A DNA stretch of 63,589 nt, counting the filler, from Chiloscyllium plagiosum (taxonomy: Eukaryota), in NCBI RefSeq assembly GCF_004010195.1. It is 5 parts of one record of this genome, joined end to end, with 100 filler letters (N's around TTAATTAATTAA, not from the genome) between each part and the next. Parts side by side here need not be neighbours in the genome. Positions count along the whole stretch, not along the records: positions 32,480 to 47,257 come from NC_057714.1; positions 47,358 to 56,986 come from NC_057714.1; 3 more parts are not named here. One strand, given 5' to 3'. Below are positions 38,846-52,225 of the stretch, one piece after another. The position numbers and the translations under genes are program-made. The notes below the pieces were generated by a model that saw nothing but the letters and a program-made list of their open reading frames with translations, was not told where the DNA came from and searched no databases. Numbering within the stretch: the first letter of the stretch is position 1; every line of letters begins with the position of its first letter.

Positions 38846-39256
38846 GAGAGAGAGAGAGATAGAGAGAGAGTGGATGAGGAAGAGCGAGAGAGAGAGTGTA
38901 TGAGGGAGAGAGAGAGAGAGTGNNNNNNNNNNNNNNNNNNNNNNNNNNNNNNNNNNNNNNNNNNNNNNNNNNNNNNNNNNNNNNNNNNNNNNNNNNNNNN
39001 NNNNNNNNNNNNNNNNNNNNNNNNNNNNNNNNNNNNNNNNNNNNNNNNNNNNNNNNNNNNNNNNNNNNNNNNNNNNNNNNNNNNNNNGAGAGAAAGAGAA
39101 ACAACGTGAGAGAGAGAAAGTAAAAGAATGCGAGAGAAAGAGTTAGAGAGTGTATGAGAGAGTGTGAGAAAGAGAGTGGGAGTGGGAGTTAGAGAGAGAG
39201 TGAGTGTGAGTGTGCGTGTTTGAGAGAGAGAGAAAACAAAAGAGAGAGAGAGAGAA
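38846..39256. repeat. (GA)n-rich microsatellite spanning an N gap
   Basis: Direct inspection. Confidence 0.95.
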
Positions 39257-41039
39257 AAAATGGGGATTACTGTATTACTGTTCTGCCCCCCTCCATCTGC
39301 CTCAGGTCAATCTGCATCTCAGGTCAATCTCTGCTCTCACCCTGAGTGCATTTCACTAATTGCACTCTTTCCTTTCACAGAAATAGCCTGTTCAGCCCAT
39401 CTAAAGCACACTGCAGTTTCTACACCCTTACATCCCCTCTCCATCTCACCCTGTTGGCTGTGACTTATATAGAATTGTCAAATCTGATGAACAGTGTTGA
39501 CTGGGAGCTCGGTATATTAATACACACGGTCCTGTACTTTTCAGACAGGAAGACCATACACACACCGCATCGGTTTCAACTCAACACAACAGGTGACAGC
39601 CACTCGCTGGTTCATTTCTCAGGACAAGGTCCTGACCAATCAGAATCAACCTCCCTGACTTAGTATTTAAAGAAAGCTACACAGTTGATTGTTCGTCATC
39701 ATTCATTGGTGCATTTTCCATGGCAATGCCTCTACTAATCAGCGTCCACTTGTCAGCCAATCAGCATCATCCTCTCACATTGTTTCTGCCTGTGTCTTGG
39801 TATTCTTGTGAAGTGTCCTGTTGAGTGCGAGTCAAAAAGCTTCACCAAAATGTATCTTTTTTTCAGCAATGTTCCAGCTTGACTCTGGTCATATTAGCAG
39901 AATGACACTGTCAGGAAAGGTCCAGTTTTATAACAAAAACAGAAATTGCTGGAAAAGCTCAGTGGATCTGGCAGCATCTGTGCAGAGAAATCAGAGTTAG
40001 CATTTCGGATCCGGTGACCGTTTCTCAGAACACAGCTCACCTGACCCGAGACATTAACTCTGATTTCACTCCCCAGATGCTGCCAGACCTGCTGAGCTTT
40101 TCCAGCAACTTCTGTTTTTGTTTCTGACTTACAGCATCTGCAGTCCTTTCAGTTTTTATTTAGACTCTGAGAGGGTGTGAGAATAGGTATTGCACTGGGA
40201 ACAGTCAACACCAGCAAAATATGTTCATCAAAAAGCTGGAAACTTTCAGAGTCAGAAAGACAATCCTTTACTCAGTTCATGAGCCAGTCCTAAAGTCTAC
40301 CAAACTCCCATAGCTCGTGTCCAACTCAGAAAACATCATCACACACTGGTGAAGATAGACAAATATTCCTAAGACCTCTTCAGTATCTACCAAATGGAAT
40401 CTTTTCATGATCCATTAGAGGGCCATACAATACCAGCTAGGACAGGCAGTGGTATGGTGGTATCATTGGTAGGTTATTCACCCAGGAAATGTTCTGGGGA
40501 CCTGGATTTGAATCCTGCTTTGGCAGACAATTGAATATGAATTTCTGCAAAGCGCTGCCTGGGAGGGGAACTGAAGTGAGAAACCTCTCAACCTTTAAAA
40601 AGAACATTTGAAATGTGGTAACAGTCAAGGCTATGGACCCAGTGCGAGGAAGGTGGCACTAGTGTAGTTATGGTGGCAGGGAGTTGATGGGCCAAATGAC
40701 CTCTTCTGTACTATATGACTCTAGCTCTCTGGGACAGAGAATTCCAGCTATTCATTAATTAATGGTAGCTGTCTTTTCCCGAGACTAGGGAACACATTTT
40801 TAAGTTGAGAGGAGAAAGGTTTAAAAAGGACCTGAGGGGCAATTTGTTTCACACAGAGGGTGGTTCCCGTGTGTGGTATGAACTTTTTAAGGAAGTGATG
40901 GATGTGAGTGCAATTACAACATTGAAAAGACATTTGGATAAGGACATGAATAGGAATGATTCGGAGATGCCGGTGTTGAACTGGGGTATACAAAGTTAAA
41001 AATCACACCATCACCTGATCTCCTGATGAAGGAGCGTTG

Positions 41040-41601
41040 CTATCTATGCTACTTAACTCTGTGATCTGCCTGTATTGGTTGCAAGACAAAGCTTTTCTTG
41101 GTATACGTGCCTTGGTACACGTGACAATAAATAAATTCAAATTCACATTCAAATTTAATTCAATTCAAATTGGTTCAACCAGTCCATGTCAAACATAATC
41201 CCAAACTAATCTAGTCCCACCTGCCTGCTCCTGGCCCGTATCCCTCCAAACCTTTCCTATTCATAGTTAAAAATCACACAACACCAGGTTATAGTCCAAC
41301 AGGTTTAATTGGAAGCACTAGCTTTCGGAGCACTGCTCCTTCATCAGGAGATCAGGTGATGGTGTGATTTTTAACTATGAATAGGAAAGGTTTGGAGGGA
41401 TACGGGCCAGGAGCAGGCAGGTGGGACTAGATTAGTTTGGGATTATGTTTGACATGGACTGGTTGAACCAATTTGAATTGAATTAAATTTGAATGTGAAT
41501 TTGAATTTATTTATTGTCACGTGTACCAAGGCACGTATACCAAGAAAAGCTTTGTCTTGCAACCAATACAGGCAGATCACAGAGTTAAGTAGCATAGATA
41601 G
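41040..41601. repeat. 240-bp inverted duplication with 82-bp spacer
   Basis: 41040-41279 is the reverse complement of 41362-41601. Confidence 0.92.
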
Positions 41602-41808
41602 TAAATAATAGGTAAACAGCAGCAAAAACAAAATCACAGGGACAGGTGGATGTTTAGAGTTTGTGAATCCATTTAGTATTCTAACAACAGTAGGGTAGAA
41701 GCTGTTTCGAAACCAGTTGGTGCGTGTGTTCAGGTTTCTGTACCTTCTCCCTGAAGGTAGAGGTTGTAGAAAAACATTGCCAGGGTGGGATGGATCTTTG
41801 AGAATCAA
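41490..41808 (-). mobile_element. Rex1/Babar-type LINE 3' end
   Basis: ILKDPSHPG...LPSGRRYR...RTNWFRNSFYPTVVRILN C-terminus followed by AATAAA and a short-repeat tail. Confidence 0.7.
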
Positions 41809-42819
41809 AGGTTAGAGCTGGGGAGATGTGAATGTGGGGTCGGAAAAACAGACAGGATCAGCTGTCATCTCACTGAGAGACTCGAGGGGCTGAATGGCCT
41901 CCTCCTGCTTCAAACCAGAGAACATCAGCAAAGCTTATGGCTCTTTATCTGAATGCACCCAGCGTCTGTAACAGTGATGGCACAAATAGGAACAGGGGTT
42001 CACAGGGACATGGTCACAGCTGACCAGGACTGGGAACTCCATCTTCAGGAATAATTGACATTCCAGAAGGAAAGGCAAAAAGGAAAAGAAGCCGGAATAA
42101 TGTTGCTAATCAAGTAAGGAGCTAGTGCAAGGATAATCAGTGATACATGTGCAATAGATTGTGATATGGAATCAGTTTGACTGGAAATAAGGAACAGCAA
42201 AGGGAATAACTCATGGACGGGAGTTACCTATAGCCCCCTCAAAGAGTTGGCAGTTGTCCTGCTGATGCAGACACAATGGGCTGATGGGTTATTTCTTTGG
42301 GTGGGAGATCCCTATGACTCTACAACTAGCAGGAGACTCTCAAACTAGTTAAAGAATAAGGGGACACTTACTAAAACAGAGAATTGCTTCTCTGAGAGTT
42401 ATAGAATCATACACCACAGAAACAGAGCCTTTATTCTTTATTCAGATAAAGAGCCATAAGCTTTGCTGATGTTCTCTGGTTTGAAGCAGGAGGAGGCCAT
42501 TCAGCCCCTCAAGTCTCTCAGTAAGATGACAGCTGATCCTGTCTGTTTTTCCGACTCCACATTCACATTTCCCCAGCTCTAACCTTTGATTCTCCTCCTG
42601 AATAAGAATCTGTCCAGCTCCCCCCTTTGGATATTTAATGATCCTGCCTTTACTGCCTTCTGAGGGGGAGCATTCCAAAATCACACAAATACTTTGGGAG
42701 AAAATATTCTCTTGTTAGGGCAAACCATAAATTGAAAGCAGTGCCCCGACTTCTCTCAACTCATCCACAAGCAAAAGCATCATTTCCACGGTCACCTTGT
42801 CAAGGTCTTTCAGGGTCTT

Positions 42820-43075
42820 AATAAAAACAGAAAGATCTGCAGATGCTGTAAATCAAAAACAAAAGCAGAAGTTGCTGGAAAAACTCAGCAGGTCTGGCAG
42901 CATTTGTGGAGAGAAACCAGAGTTAATGTTTCAGGTCAGGTGACCCTTCCTCAGAACTGAGAAACTCCGAACAGTCCTGAGGAAGGGTCATTCGACCTGA
43001 AACGTTAACTCTGATTTCTCACCACAGATGCTGCCAGACCTGCTGAGCTTTTCCAGCAATTTCTGTTTTTGTTCC
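42820..43075. mobile_element. Second Penelope-type inverted repeat family with hammerhead core
   Basis: Inverted arms; CTGAGGA-agggtcattcgacct-GAAAC at 42977-43003; related copy at 39930-40160. Confidence 0.7.
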
Positions 43076-43338
43076 AGTCTGAACTTCAAGTCCAGTCTGT
43101 CCAAACCTTCCTCGTAAGAAAACCCACTCATTCCGAATATCAATCTGCAAACCTCCTCTGAACCGTCTCTGACACAGTCAAACACTTCCTTAAATAAAGA
43201 GACAAAGATACTGGACTAGAGATGTGACCTCACCAATGTCTTGTATCACTGAAATATGACACCAGGTTATAGTCCAACAGGTTTGTTTGGAAGCACAAGT
43301 TATGTCGGAGCGCTGCTCCTTTGTCAGGTAGCTAGTGG

Positions 43339-44510
43339 TGTAATGACATGGGGTAAACCCCTCTGCTAATTTAAACCTGACACACAGAGCAGCTCACCTC
43401 GCACTGTAAGCTGATACATTTCAAAAGGCAAAGAACTATCCCAGAGGTCACTGTAGTCATATAGAGTCATAGAGATGTACAGCATGGAAACAGGCCCTTC
43501 GGTCCAACCCATCCATGCTGACCAGATATCCCAACCCAATCTAGTTCCACCTGCCAGCACCCGGCCCATATCCCTCCAAACCCTTCCTTTTCATATACCC
43601 ATCCAGATGCCTCTTAAATGTTGCAATTGTACCAGCCTCCACCACTTCCTCTGGCAGCTCATTCCATACACATACCACCCACTGTGAGAAAAAGTTGCCC
43701 CTTAGGTCTCTTTTATATCTTTCCCCTCTCACCCTAAACCTGTGTCCTCTTGTTCTGGACTCCCTGACCCCTGGAAAAAGACTTTGTCTATTTATCCTAT
43801 CCATGCCCCTCATCATTTTATGAACCGCTATAAGGTCACCCCTCAGTCTCCCACACTCCAGGGAAAACAGCCCCAGCCTGATCAGCCTCTCCCTGTAGCT
43901 CAAATCCTCCAACCCTTAAAACAACAGCTATTTACAATTCCTCTCTCTTAAACCTATCTTTTGCCTCCCACTCTACAATAATGGTCTAATTTTTAAAAAC
44001 CCTGAGTACAATTTACAGAGAAAAAAAAATCACGTTTCAAAACCAGCCAGTTTTGTTGATTCTCCTTTGTTGATTTTCCTCTGTAGATTTTCCTCGGTTT
44101 TGCTGGGTCGTCTCTTCTTTGGTCTTCCACGTAACTTTCCTTGTGAACAGGTACCTTACAGAGAGTATTTTGGCTAGCAGTCTGTATTTGTTGGTGTTCT
44201 TTGCTGTTCTTCCCCAAACTGTACAAAATGTCCCGTTTCATACCCCAAAACATTGGATCATTCCATTGGTTTGATGTCATCCCAAACAGTAAAATTCAAA
44301 TTTGATTGGATTTGGGTATCTGGGACATAATTTAAACTGATTGGCCAATTTTGAATTTGTTTTTGTTCCATGGCAACGCAACTCCAGCTATTTGTTTCAA
44401 CCAAGTGTTACATTTTTAAGTTGTTCAGCGCTCTCTGTGCTTTCAGTCAGTCCCTGCCAGCTTCCTCTCTCTCTCTTAAAGATACAGCACATACTTACAC
44501 CCTCATGACA
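43339..44510. mobile_element. Probable solo LTR with a nested CR1 fragment (about 43455-43915), inserted in a Penelope-type repeat
   Basis: Termini TGTAATGA...TCATGACA; flanks gtgg/gtag; the host repeat resumes on both sides. Confidence 0.6.
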
Positions 44511-44994
44511 GTAGACTGGGATCATAGGACACGGAATTTATAGCAAAAGATCATAGAATCAGGGTTGTTCAATATATCGCATCAGTTTACGATACTATAA
44601 TCTTTTGCTATAAATTCCATGTCCTATGATCCTACTCCACTAGCTACCTGATGGTGGGGCAGTGCTCTAAATATTAATGTCTACTTCCAAATAAACCAGT
44701 TGGACTATGACCTGGTGTTGTGTGATTTTTAACTTTGTCCACCCCTGTCTAACACCGACTTCTCCACATCGTTACTGAAATATGTGTTCAAATTCTCGCG
44801 TAATAAAAGACAGCATCCCATTAGCCTTTCATTCTGGGCAGCACCACCCAGATGAACATTTCAATCCCTCTGCCTCTTGGAATTTTGCTGTCACTCTGTT
44901 TATGTAACACACCGCTTTTTCAATCTTCCAGCCAAACTAAAGAAGCTGACATTTTCCCATGTTATTCTCCACCTGCCTGGTTAATAGTTACTGA

Positions 44995-45189
44995 GCTGAA
45001 AATGTGTTGCTGGAAAAGCGCAGCAGGTCAGGCAGCATCCAGGCAACAGGAGAATCGACTTTTCGGGCATAAGCCCTTCTTCAGGAAACGTCGATTCTCC
45101 TGTTCCCTGGATGTTGCCTGACCTGCTGCGCTTTTCCAGCAACACATTTTCAGCTCTGATCTCCAGCATCTGCAGACCTCACTTTCTCC
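44995..45189. mobile_element. Penelope-type inverted repeat insertion with 13-bp TSD
   Basis: TSD taatagttactga at 44982-44994 and 45190-45202. Confidence 0.8.
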
Positions 45190-45899
45190 TAATAGTTACT
45201 GACTCAGTCTATCCTTATCCACCTGCAATTTCCCGATATGTTCTTCACAACACACTTCCCTTAGCTTTTTGGAATCACCTAAGAATTTACACTGTCACTC
45301 ACCTCATCTATGTCAAAGAACATGAACAAAGAACATTACAGCACAGGAACAGGCCCTCCGGCCCTCCAAGCCTGCGCCAACCCAGGTCCTCTATCTANNN
45401 NNNNNNNNNNNNNNNNNNNNNNNNNNNNNNNNNNNNNNNNNNNNNNNNNNNNNNNNNNNNNNNNNNNNNNNNNNNNNNNNNNNNNNNNNNNNNNNNNNNN
45501 NNNNNNNNNNNNNNNNNNNNNNNNNNNNNNNNNNNNNNNNNNNNNNNNNNNNNNNNNNNNNNNNNNNNNNNNNNNNNNNNNNNNNNNNNNNNNNNNNNNN
45601 NNNNNNNNNNNNNNNNNNNNNNNNNNNNNNNNNNNNNNNNNNNNNNNNNNNNNNNNNNNNNNNNNNNNNNNNNNNNNNNNNNNNNNNNNNNNNNNNNNNN
45701 NNNNNNNNNNNNNNNNNNNNNNNNNNNNNNNNNNNNNNNNNNNNNNNNNNNNNNNNNNNNNNNNNNNNNNNNNNNNNNNNNNNNNNNNNNNNNNNNNNNN
45801 NNNNNNNNNNNNNNNNNNNNNNNNNNNNNNNNNNNNNNNNNNNNNNNNNNNNNNNNNNNNNNNNNNNNNNNNNNNNNNNNNNNNNNNNNNNNNNNNNTG

Positions 45900-47257
45900 T
45901 CACAGAATCACAGAGTCGTACAGATGTACAGCACTGAAACAGACTCTTTGGTCCAACTCGTCCAAGTTGATCAAGGTCCTAAATTAATCTAGTCCCACCT
46001 GCCAGCACCCGGCCCATATCCCTCCAAACCCTTCCTATTCATATACCCATCCAAATGCCTTTCAAATGTTGTCATTGTACCAGCCTCCCCCACTTCCTCT
46101 GGCAGCTTATTCCATACAAAGACCAGCCTGTGTGTGGAAAAAGTTACCCCTTAGGTCCCTTTTATATCTTTCCCCTCCCACCCTAAACCTATGCCCTTTA
46201 GTTTTGGATGCTGCTAACCTTGGGAAAAGACATTGACTTTTGACCCTATCCATGCCCCTGAAGGTTTTATACATTTCTATGAAGTCGCCTGTCAGCTTCT
46301 GATTCTCCAGGGAAACCTATTCAGCCTCTCCCTATAGTTCAAACCCTGGCAACATCCTTGGAAATCTTTTCAAATGTTACAGCATCTTTCCGATAGCAGG
46401 AAGACCAGAAAGGAACGCAGTATTCCACTTAATGGTAAGGTCCCAGGGAGTGTTGCTGAACAAAGAGACCTTGGAGTGCAGGTTCACAGCTCCTTGAAAG
46501 TGGAGTCACAGGTAGATAGGATATTGAAGGCAGCGTTTGGTAGGCTTTCCTTTATTGGTCAGAGTATTGAGTGCAGGAGTTGGGAGGTCATGTTGCGGCT
46601 GTACAGGACATTGGTTAGGCCACTGTTGGAATATTGCGTGCAATTCTGGTCTCCGTCCTATCGGGAAGATGTTGTGAAACTTGAAAGGGTTCAGAAAATA
46701 TTTACAAGGATGTTGCCAGGGTTGGAGGAGTTGAGCTACAGGGAGAGGCTGAACAGGCTGGGGCTGTTTTCCCTCGAGCGTCAGAGGCTGAGGGGTGACC
46801 TTACAGAGGTTTATAAAATTATGAGGGGCATATCCAATGTGTACAGGAGGATTTCCTGACACAGTATGTCAAATGGCCGACAAGAGGGGAGGCCACTGTA
46901 GACCTGGTGCTTGGTAATGAACCAGGCCAAGTGTTTGATTTAGTTGTAGGTGAGCACTTTGGAGAGAGTGACCATAATTCAGTTACGTTTAGTTTAGCGA
47001 TGGAAAGGGATAGGTACATGCCACAGGGCAAGAGTTACCGATGGGGCAAGGGCAATTATAATGTGTTCAGGCAGGAATTAGGATGCATAGAATGGGGTAG
47101 CAAAATACAGGGGATGCAGACAATGGAAACATGGAGCTGGTTTAAGGAACAGATATTGTGTGTCCTTGATAGGTATGTCCCTGTCAGGCAGAGAGGAAGT
47201 GATAAGGTAAGGGAACCGTGGTTTACAACAGAAATTGCATCTCTTGTTAAGCAGAAG
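45900..47257. mobile_element. Cluster of CR1 fragments in both orientations
   Basis: Minus-strand 3' end at 45900-46400, plus-strand RT C-terminus at 46428-46830, endonuclease-adjacent fragment at 46833-47257. Confidence 0.85.
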
Positions 47258-47357
47258 NNNNNNNNNNNNNNNNNNNNNNNNNNNNNNNNNNNNNNNNNNN
47301 NTTAATTAATTAANNNNNNNNNNNNNNNNNNNNNNNNNNNNNNNNNNNNNNNNNNNN

Positions 47358-47585
47358 TGAAGGTTGGGATGGAGAGGGCAGTAGAGGTCATCTGCTGAAG
47401 GTTGGGATGGAGAGGGCAGTAGAGGTCATCTGCTGAAGGTTGGGATGGAGAGGGCAGTAGAGGTCATCTGCTGAAGGTTGGGATGGAGAGGGCAGTAGAG
47501 GTCATCTGCTGAAGGTTGGGATGGAGAGGGCAGTAGAGGTCATCTGCTGAAGGTTGGGATGGAGAGGGCAGTAGGGGTCATCTGT
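47358..47585. repeat. 38-bp minisatellite x ~6
   Basis: Unit tgaaggttgggatggagagggcagtagaggtcatctgc. Confidence 0.95.
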
Positions 47586-48749
47586 TGCTCCCTACTGCAT
47601 GTACATTTCAGCTAAGACAGGCTTTGATTTCCAAAATGCCTCCCTCGACCTGTAGACATCCCAAGACCCTCCCCAGTGAGCATGGGGGGCAGGGAGCGAG
47701 GAGGTGGCAGTGTGTTGTAGTGGACTAGCAACCCAGAAACTGCTCGGTTAATGCTCTGGGGGAGCTGGTTTAAATCCCACCACAGCAGCTAATGGACTTG
47801 AACTTCAAGTTGTAAATCTGGGATATAAAGCTAGTCTTGGTAAATGTTTATTATCACCTGCTTCATTGATGTCCTTTGTGCGAACATTTGCCCCTGGGCA
47901 GTGGAAATCTCCCATCCTTACCTGTTCTGGCTGCCAAAGTGTGACTCCAGTCCTACATGGTGTGATCAACTCTTAACTCCTTTCTGAAATGAAACAGACA
48001 AGACTCTTATCTAAAGGATAATAAGAAACAATCGATAAACACTGGGTCTGCCCACAATGATGCCAGTTCTCGGACGGTGCATTTTCATGACCAGAGTGTC
48101 AACCTGAATTGGTTTCTGAGTTGGGAGTGAATATGACTCGCACCGGGATGTGGCTCAGCTCCTCTTCCCCGGTGATCTTGTTTCCATCTCTTTGAGGAGG
48201 TCACTGTTGCCATCGCTTCCCGATCGTTCACACCGCACTGTCAGTGTCACCGACTCCAGTCGGGACTGTGAGATTTACTGGGACTGCTTCCTGCTCACTG
48301 TCCGAATGCATTGAGAGGCTGGTACACGGCACAGATGGCACCGAACCCCTGACTCCGTGTTCAGTGAAGCCCCGTCCCACACAGTCAGAGGGACGTGCTT
48401 CCCAGAGAAACAGACACAGGGTAAAGCTGGTCACCCTAACCCACATAGGCTGTCTGATAGAGTTCAGTAACAGAATAAGCTTCACCCAGTCAGGAAGGAG
48501 AGATCACATTCAGGCTGAGACATAACCTGAGGGTGTATGTCGTTCAGGGAATTTGGAGCTGGTTTAGAACTGGATAAACTGGAGCTCAGGGACATCCCAG
48601 GAAAACCGTAAGGTCATTGCTTGGTAACGGCTGCTAATTTGACTATCAGTTAAAGGTTACTTTCAGTCAATAGGTCAATAGGAAAAACATTTACAGGCTA
48701 CAAACGAAACAATCAGTACGATTCCTAAAAATAACAAATGAAGAATTAG

Positions 48750-51700
48750 GTAGTTAGAAATGTAGGGCCGGGTGATGTGTTGTACGTGCATGGTGTGGGA
48801 TCGGATGGATCCTGCTGTGGGTCATAGTGACCATATCTGGAGGAAGTGCTGGCTGCCTGAGGAACTGCAGCTCAGAACTGGTGAGGTAGAGTCTGAGCTT
48901 CAAACACTGTGACACATCAGGGAGGGGGAGAGTTATCCTGTTGTGGGTCATAGTGACCATATCGGGAGGAAGTGCTGGCTGCCTGAGGAACTGCAGCTCA
49001 GAACTGGTGAGGTAGAGTCTGAGCTTCAAACACTGTGACACATCAGGGAGGGGGAGAGTTATCTGGGACGCTGTGTTTCAGGAGGCAGTCACACCCAGTA
49101 GGTGAATGACTTCGAATTCAGTCAGTGGTTAGGGACAGGAGGGTGTGGCTCTGAGTGAGGCAGGTAGAGGGGTCCAGGAGGTAGTGCTGAAGGACCCTCA
49201 GCCCAACAGGTCCAACAGGTTGGAGATCCTTGCTCCGTGTGTGGATGAGAGCGGGAGTTGTAGGGAATGTGAGCAAACTGACCATAACACTGTGATACAG
49301 GCAGCATTCGCATGGTGGGAGAAAGAGAAATGGAGTTGGAATCAGGGATAGTATAGCCAGGGGAATGTTCTCTGTGACCAGGATCGCGAGTCCCGAAGGC
49401 TGTGTTGCCTGCCTGGTGCCTGGGTTCAGGATATCCCACCTGGGCTGCAGAGGAAGTGGAGTGGGAGGGGGAAAGATCCGGTTGTTGTGGTCCCCATAGG
49501 TACCAATGATAGGATGAGGAAAGAAGTTCTCCTGATACAGTCACAGAGTCCTACAGCACAGAGTCAGGCCCTTCAGCCCAAACCGCTCCATACCGACCAG
49601 AATGTCCTTCCACACTAACCCCATTTCCCAGCACTCGGCCCATATCCTTCTAATCCTTTCCTATCCGTGTATTTGTCCAAATGCCTTTTAAATGTTGTTA
49701 ATGTACCCGCCTCAACCACTTCCCCTGGCAGCTCATTCCATATGTGTACCACCCTCTGTGTAAAAAAGGTTGCCCCTCAGGTTCCCTTTAATTCTTTCCC
49801 CTCTAACCTTAAACTGATGCCCTCTCGTCCTCGATTTCCCAACCCTGGGAAAAAGACTGAGTACATTCACCCTATCCAGGCCTCTCATGATCTTATACAC
49901 CTCTATAAGTTTCCCAAACCCCCACCCCTCAGTCTCCTACGCTCTAAAGAGAAAAGTCCTAGCTTGTCCCACCTCACCCTATAGCTCTAACCATTGAGTC
50001 TGGCAACATCCTTGTAAATTCCTCCCGCACTCTTTCCAGTTTAATAACGTCCTTCCTACAGCAAGGTGACCAAAACTGAACACAGTACTCCAAGTGTGGC
50101 CTCACCAACGTCCTGTATAACTGCAACATAACTTCCCACCTTCTATACTCAGTGCCCTGACTGATGANNNNNNNNNNNNNNNNNNNNNNNNNNNNNNNNN
50201 NNNNNNNNNNNNNNNNNNNNNNNNNNNNNNNNNNNNNNNNNNNNNNNNNNNNNNNNNNNNNNNNNNNNNNNNNNNNNNNNNNNNNNNNNNNNNNNNNNNN
50301 NNNNNNNNNNNNNNNNNNNNNNNNNNNNNNNNNNNNNNNNNNNNNNNNNNNNNNNNNNNNNNNNNNNNNNNNNNNNNNNNNNNNNNNNNNNNNNNNNNNN
50401 NNNNNNNNNNNNNNNNNNNNNNNNNNNNNNNNNNNNNNNNNNNNNNNNNNNNNNNNNNNNNNNNNNNNNNNNNNNNNNNNNNNNNNNNNNNNNNNNNNNN
50501 NNNNNNNNNNNNNNNNNNNNNNNNNNNNNNNNNNNNNNNNNNNNAGCCTCTTGGATATATCTGGTCAGGACAAGGAGATTATCCACCTTCATACATTCTA
50601 ATAGATCCAACACTGCCTCTAATGTAATATGGACTGTCCCCAAGATATCATCACTAACTTCCCCAAGTCTTCATGTCTTTCTCCACAGTAAACACAGAGG
50701 ACAAATACTCATTGAGGACCACACCTATTTCCATGTTGTTCTACACCAACATGTCCACTTTGGTCCTTGAGGGGCTCTCTTCTCTTTCTTTAATATACTT
50801 AAAGAACCTCTTTGAAAATGTCCCTGATCTTAGCCAAGGCTACCTCATGCCCGTTTTTTGCCCTCCTGATTTCCTTCTTCAGTAAAGTCCTGTATTCCCT
50901 GTTTACTGCCAGAGATTCCCTTGATCCCAGCTGCCCGTAGCTGAGCCACACCTCCTCCTTTTTTCTGGTTAAAACCTCGATATCTCTTTGTCATCCCTGG
51001 GTTCCCAGTTGGGGCTGCCACCCTTGCCCTTCACCCTCACAGGAACATATAGACCGTGACCGCGAGCTATCTCCCTTTTAAAGGTCTCCCACTTGCCAGA
51101 GGCCCCTTTGCCTGTAAACAGACTACTCCAAACAACCCCCTGCAAGCTCCTGTCTAATTCCATCACAGTTCACCTTACCACAGTTTAGAACTTGAACCTC
51201 TGGGCTAGTTTTGTCCCTCTCCCTAACTATTTTAAAATTAATAGAACTATGCTCACTGGTCCCACAGCGCTCTGCTACTGTCACCTCCCGTAACCTGTCC
51301 TGCCCTTTTTCCCCAAGAGTAGGTTGAGTTTTGCCCCTTCCTGAGTAGGACCCTCTATAGACTGCTTGAGGAAACTTTCCTGAACGCACTTAACAAATTC
51401 CACCCCATCTAAACCCTTAACCCTCTGGCAGTCCGTGTGTACGTTAGGAAAATTAAAATCCCCTGCTATGAGAACCCTATTGCTCCTGCAAGTGTTTGTT
51501 CCTCTAATTCCCATTGACTATTTGGGGGCCTATAGTACGACCCCAATAACATCACCATCCATCCCCTTCTTATTTCTTAGCTCCTCCCAAAAAGCCTCAC
51601 TGGAAGATCCTTCAGTTATTCCATCTCGGACTACTGCTGTGAAACTGAGGGATATCAGCAGCTCGGGACTAAATTACAAAGCGGAACCAAAAAGGGAACA

Positions 51701-51930
51701 ATCTCTAGATTGAAGCTAACTGGCACAGGGCCAACAAGATTGCAGAGGGAAGTGTGTAGCTCATAGATTGGTGTGGGAGAAATGGGTGTGAATTCATGTG
51801 ATCTTGGCACCTGGACTGGGGAAGGAGGGAGCTGTTCCAATGGGATGGTCTTCATCTGAACCGTTCTGGGACAAGAATCCTGGTGAATCACAGACCCAGC
51901 GCTGGGGACACGGCTTTAAACTAAGTGGTG
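48750..51930. mobile_element. Degenerate CR1 ORF1/ORF2 fragments, including a ~126-bp internal tandem duplication at about 48809-49043
   Basis: SNRLEIL and CCLPGA-like ORF1 remnants; IAGDFNFP endonuclease motif on the minus strand. Confidence 0.75.
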
Positions 51931-52225
51931 AAGTGGGGGTGGGGTGGAAATTATAAAATCTGAGGTAAAGGAGAAGGTAGGAGAGCAGGATAGTGATGGG
52001 ACTGATGGTAATCAGCAAATAAAAGGAAGGGAGAGATTGTGGGAATGTCATATTGTACCAAGGACCCATAACCATGCAGAAAAACTTCATAATACAATAT
52101 CCTTCACCCAATGAGCGATAGTGTCCTCTACCACCGTTTCTACCAGATGAGGATAGTGTCCTGTGCCACCTTATCTACCCATCTTGCCACCTTCAGTGAC
52201 CTGTGACCATGCCCTCCAAGGTGTC

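Noticed and set aside
45111..45992. Long ORFs running through N gaps (also at 24.4, 38.9 and 50.2 kb)
   Set aside because: Artefacts of translating N runs.
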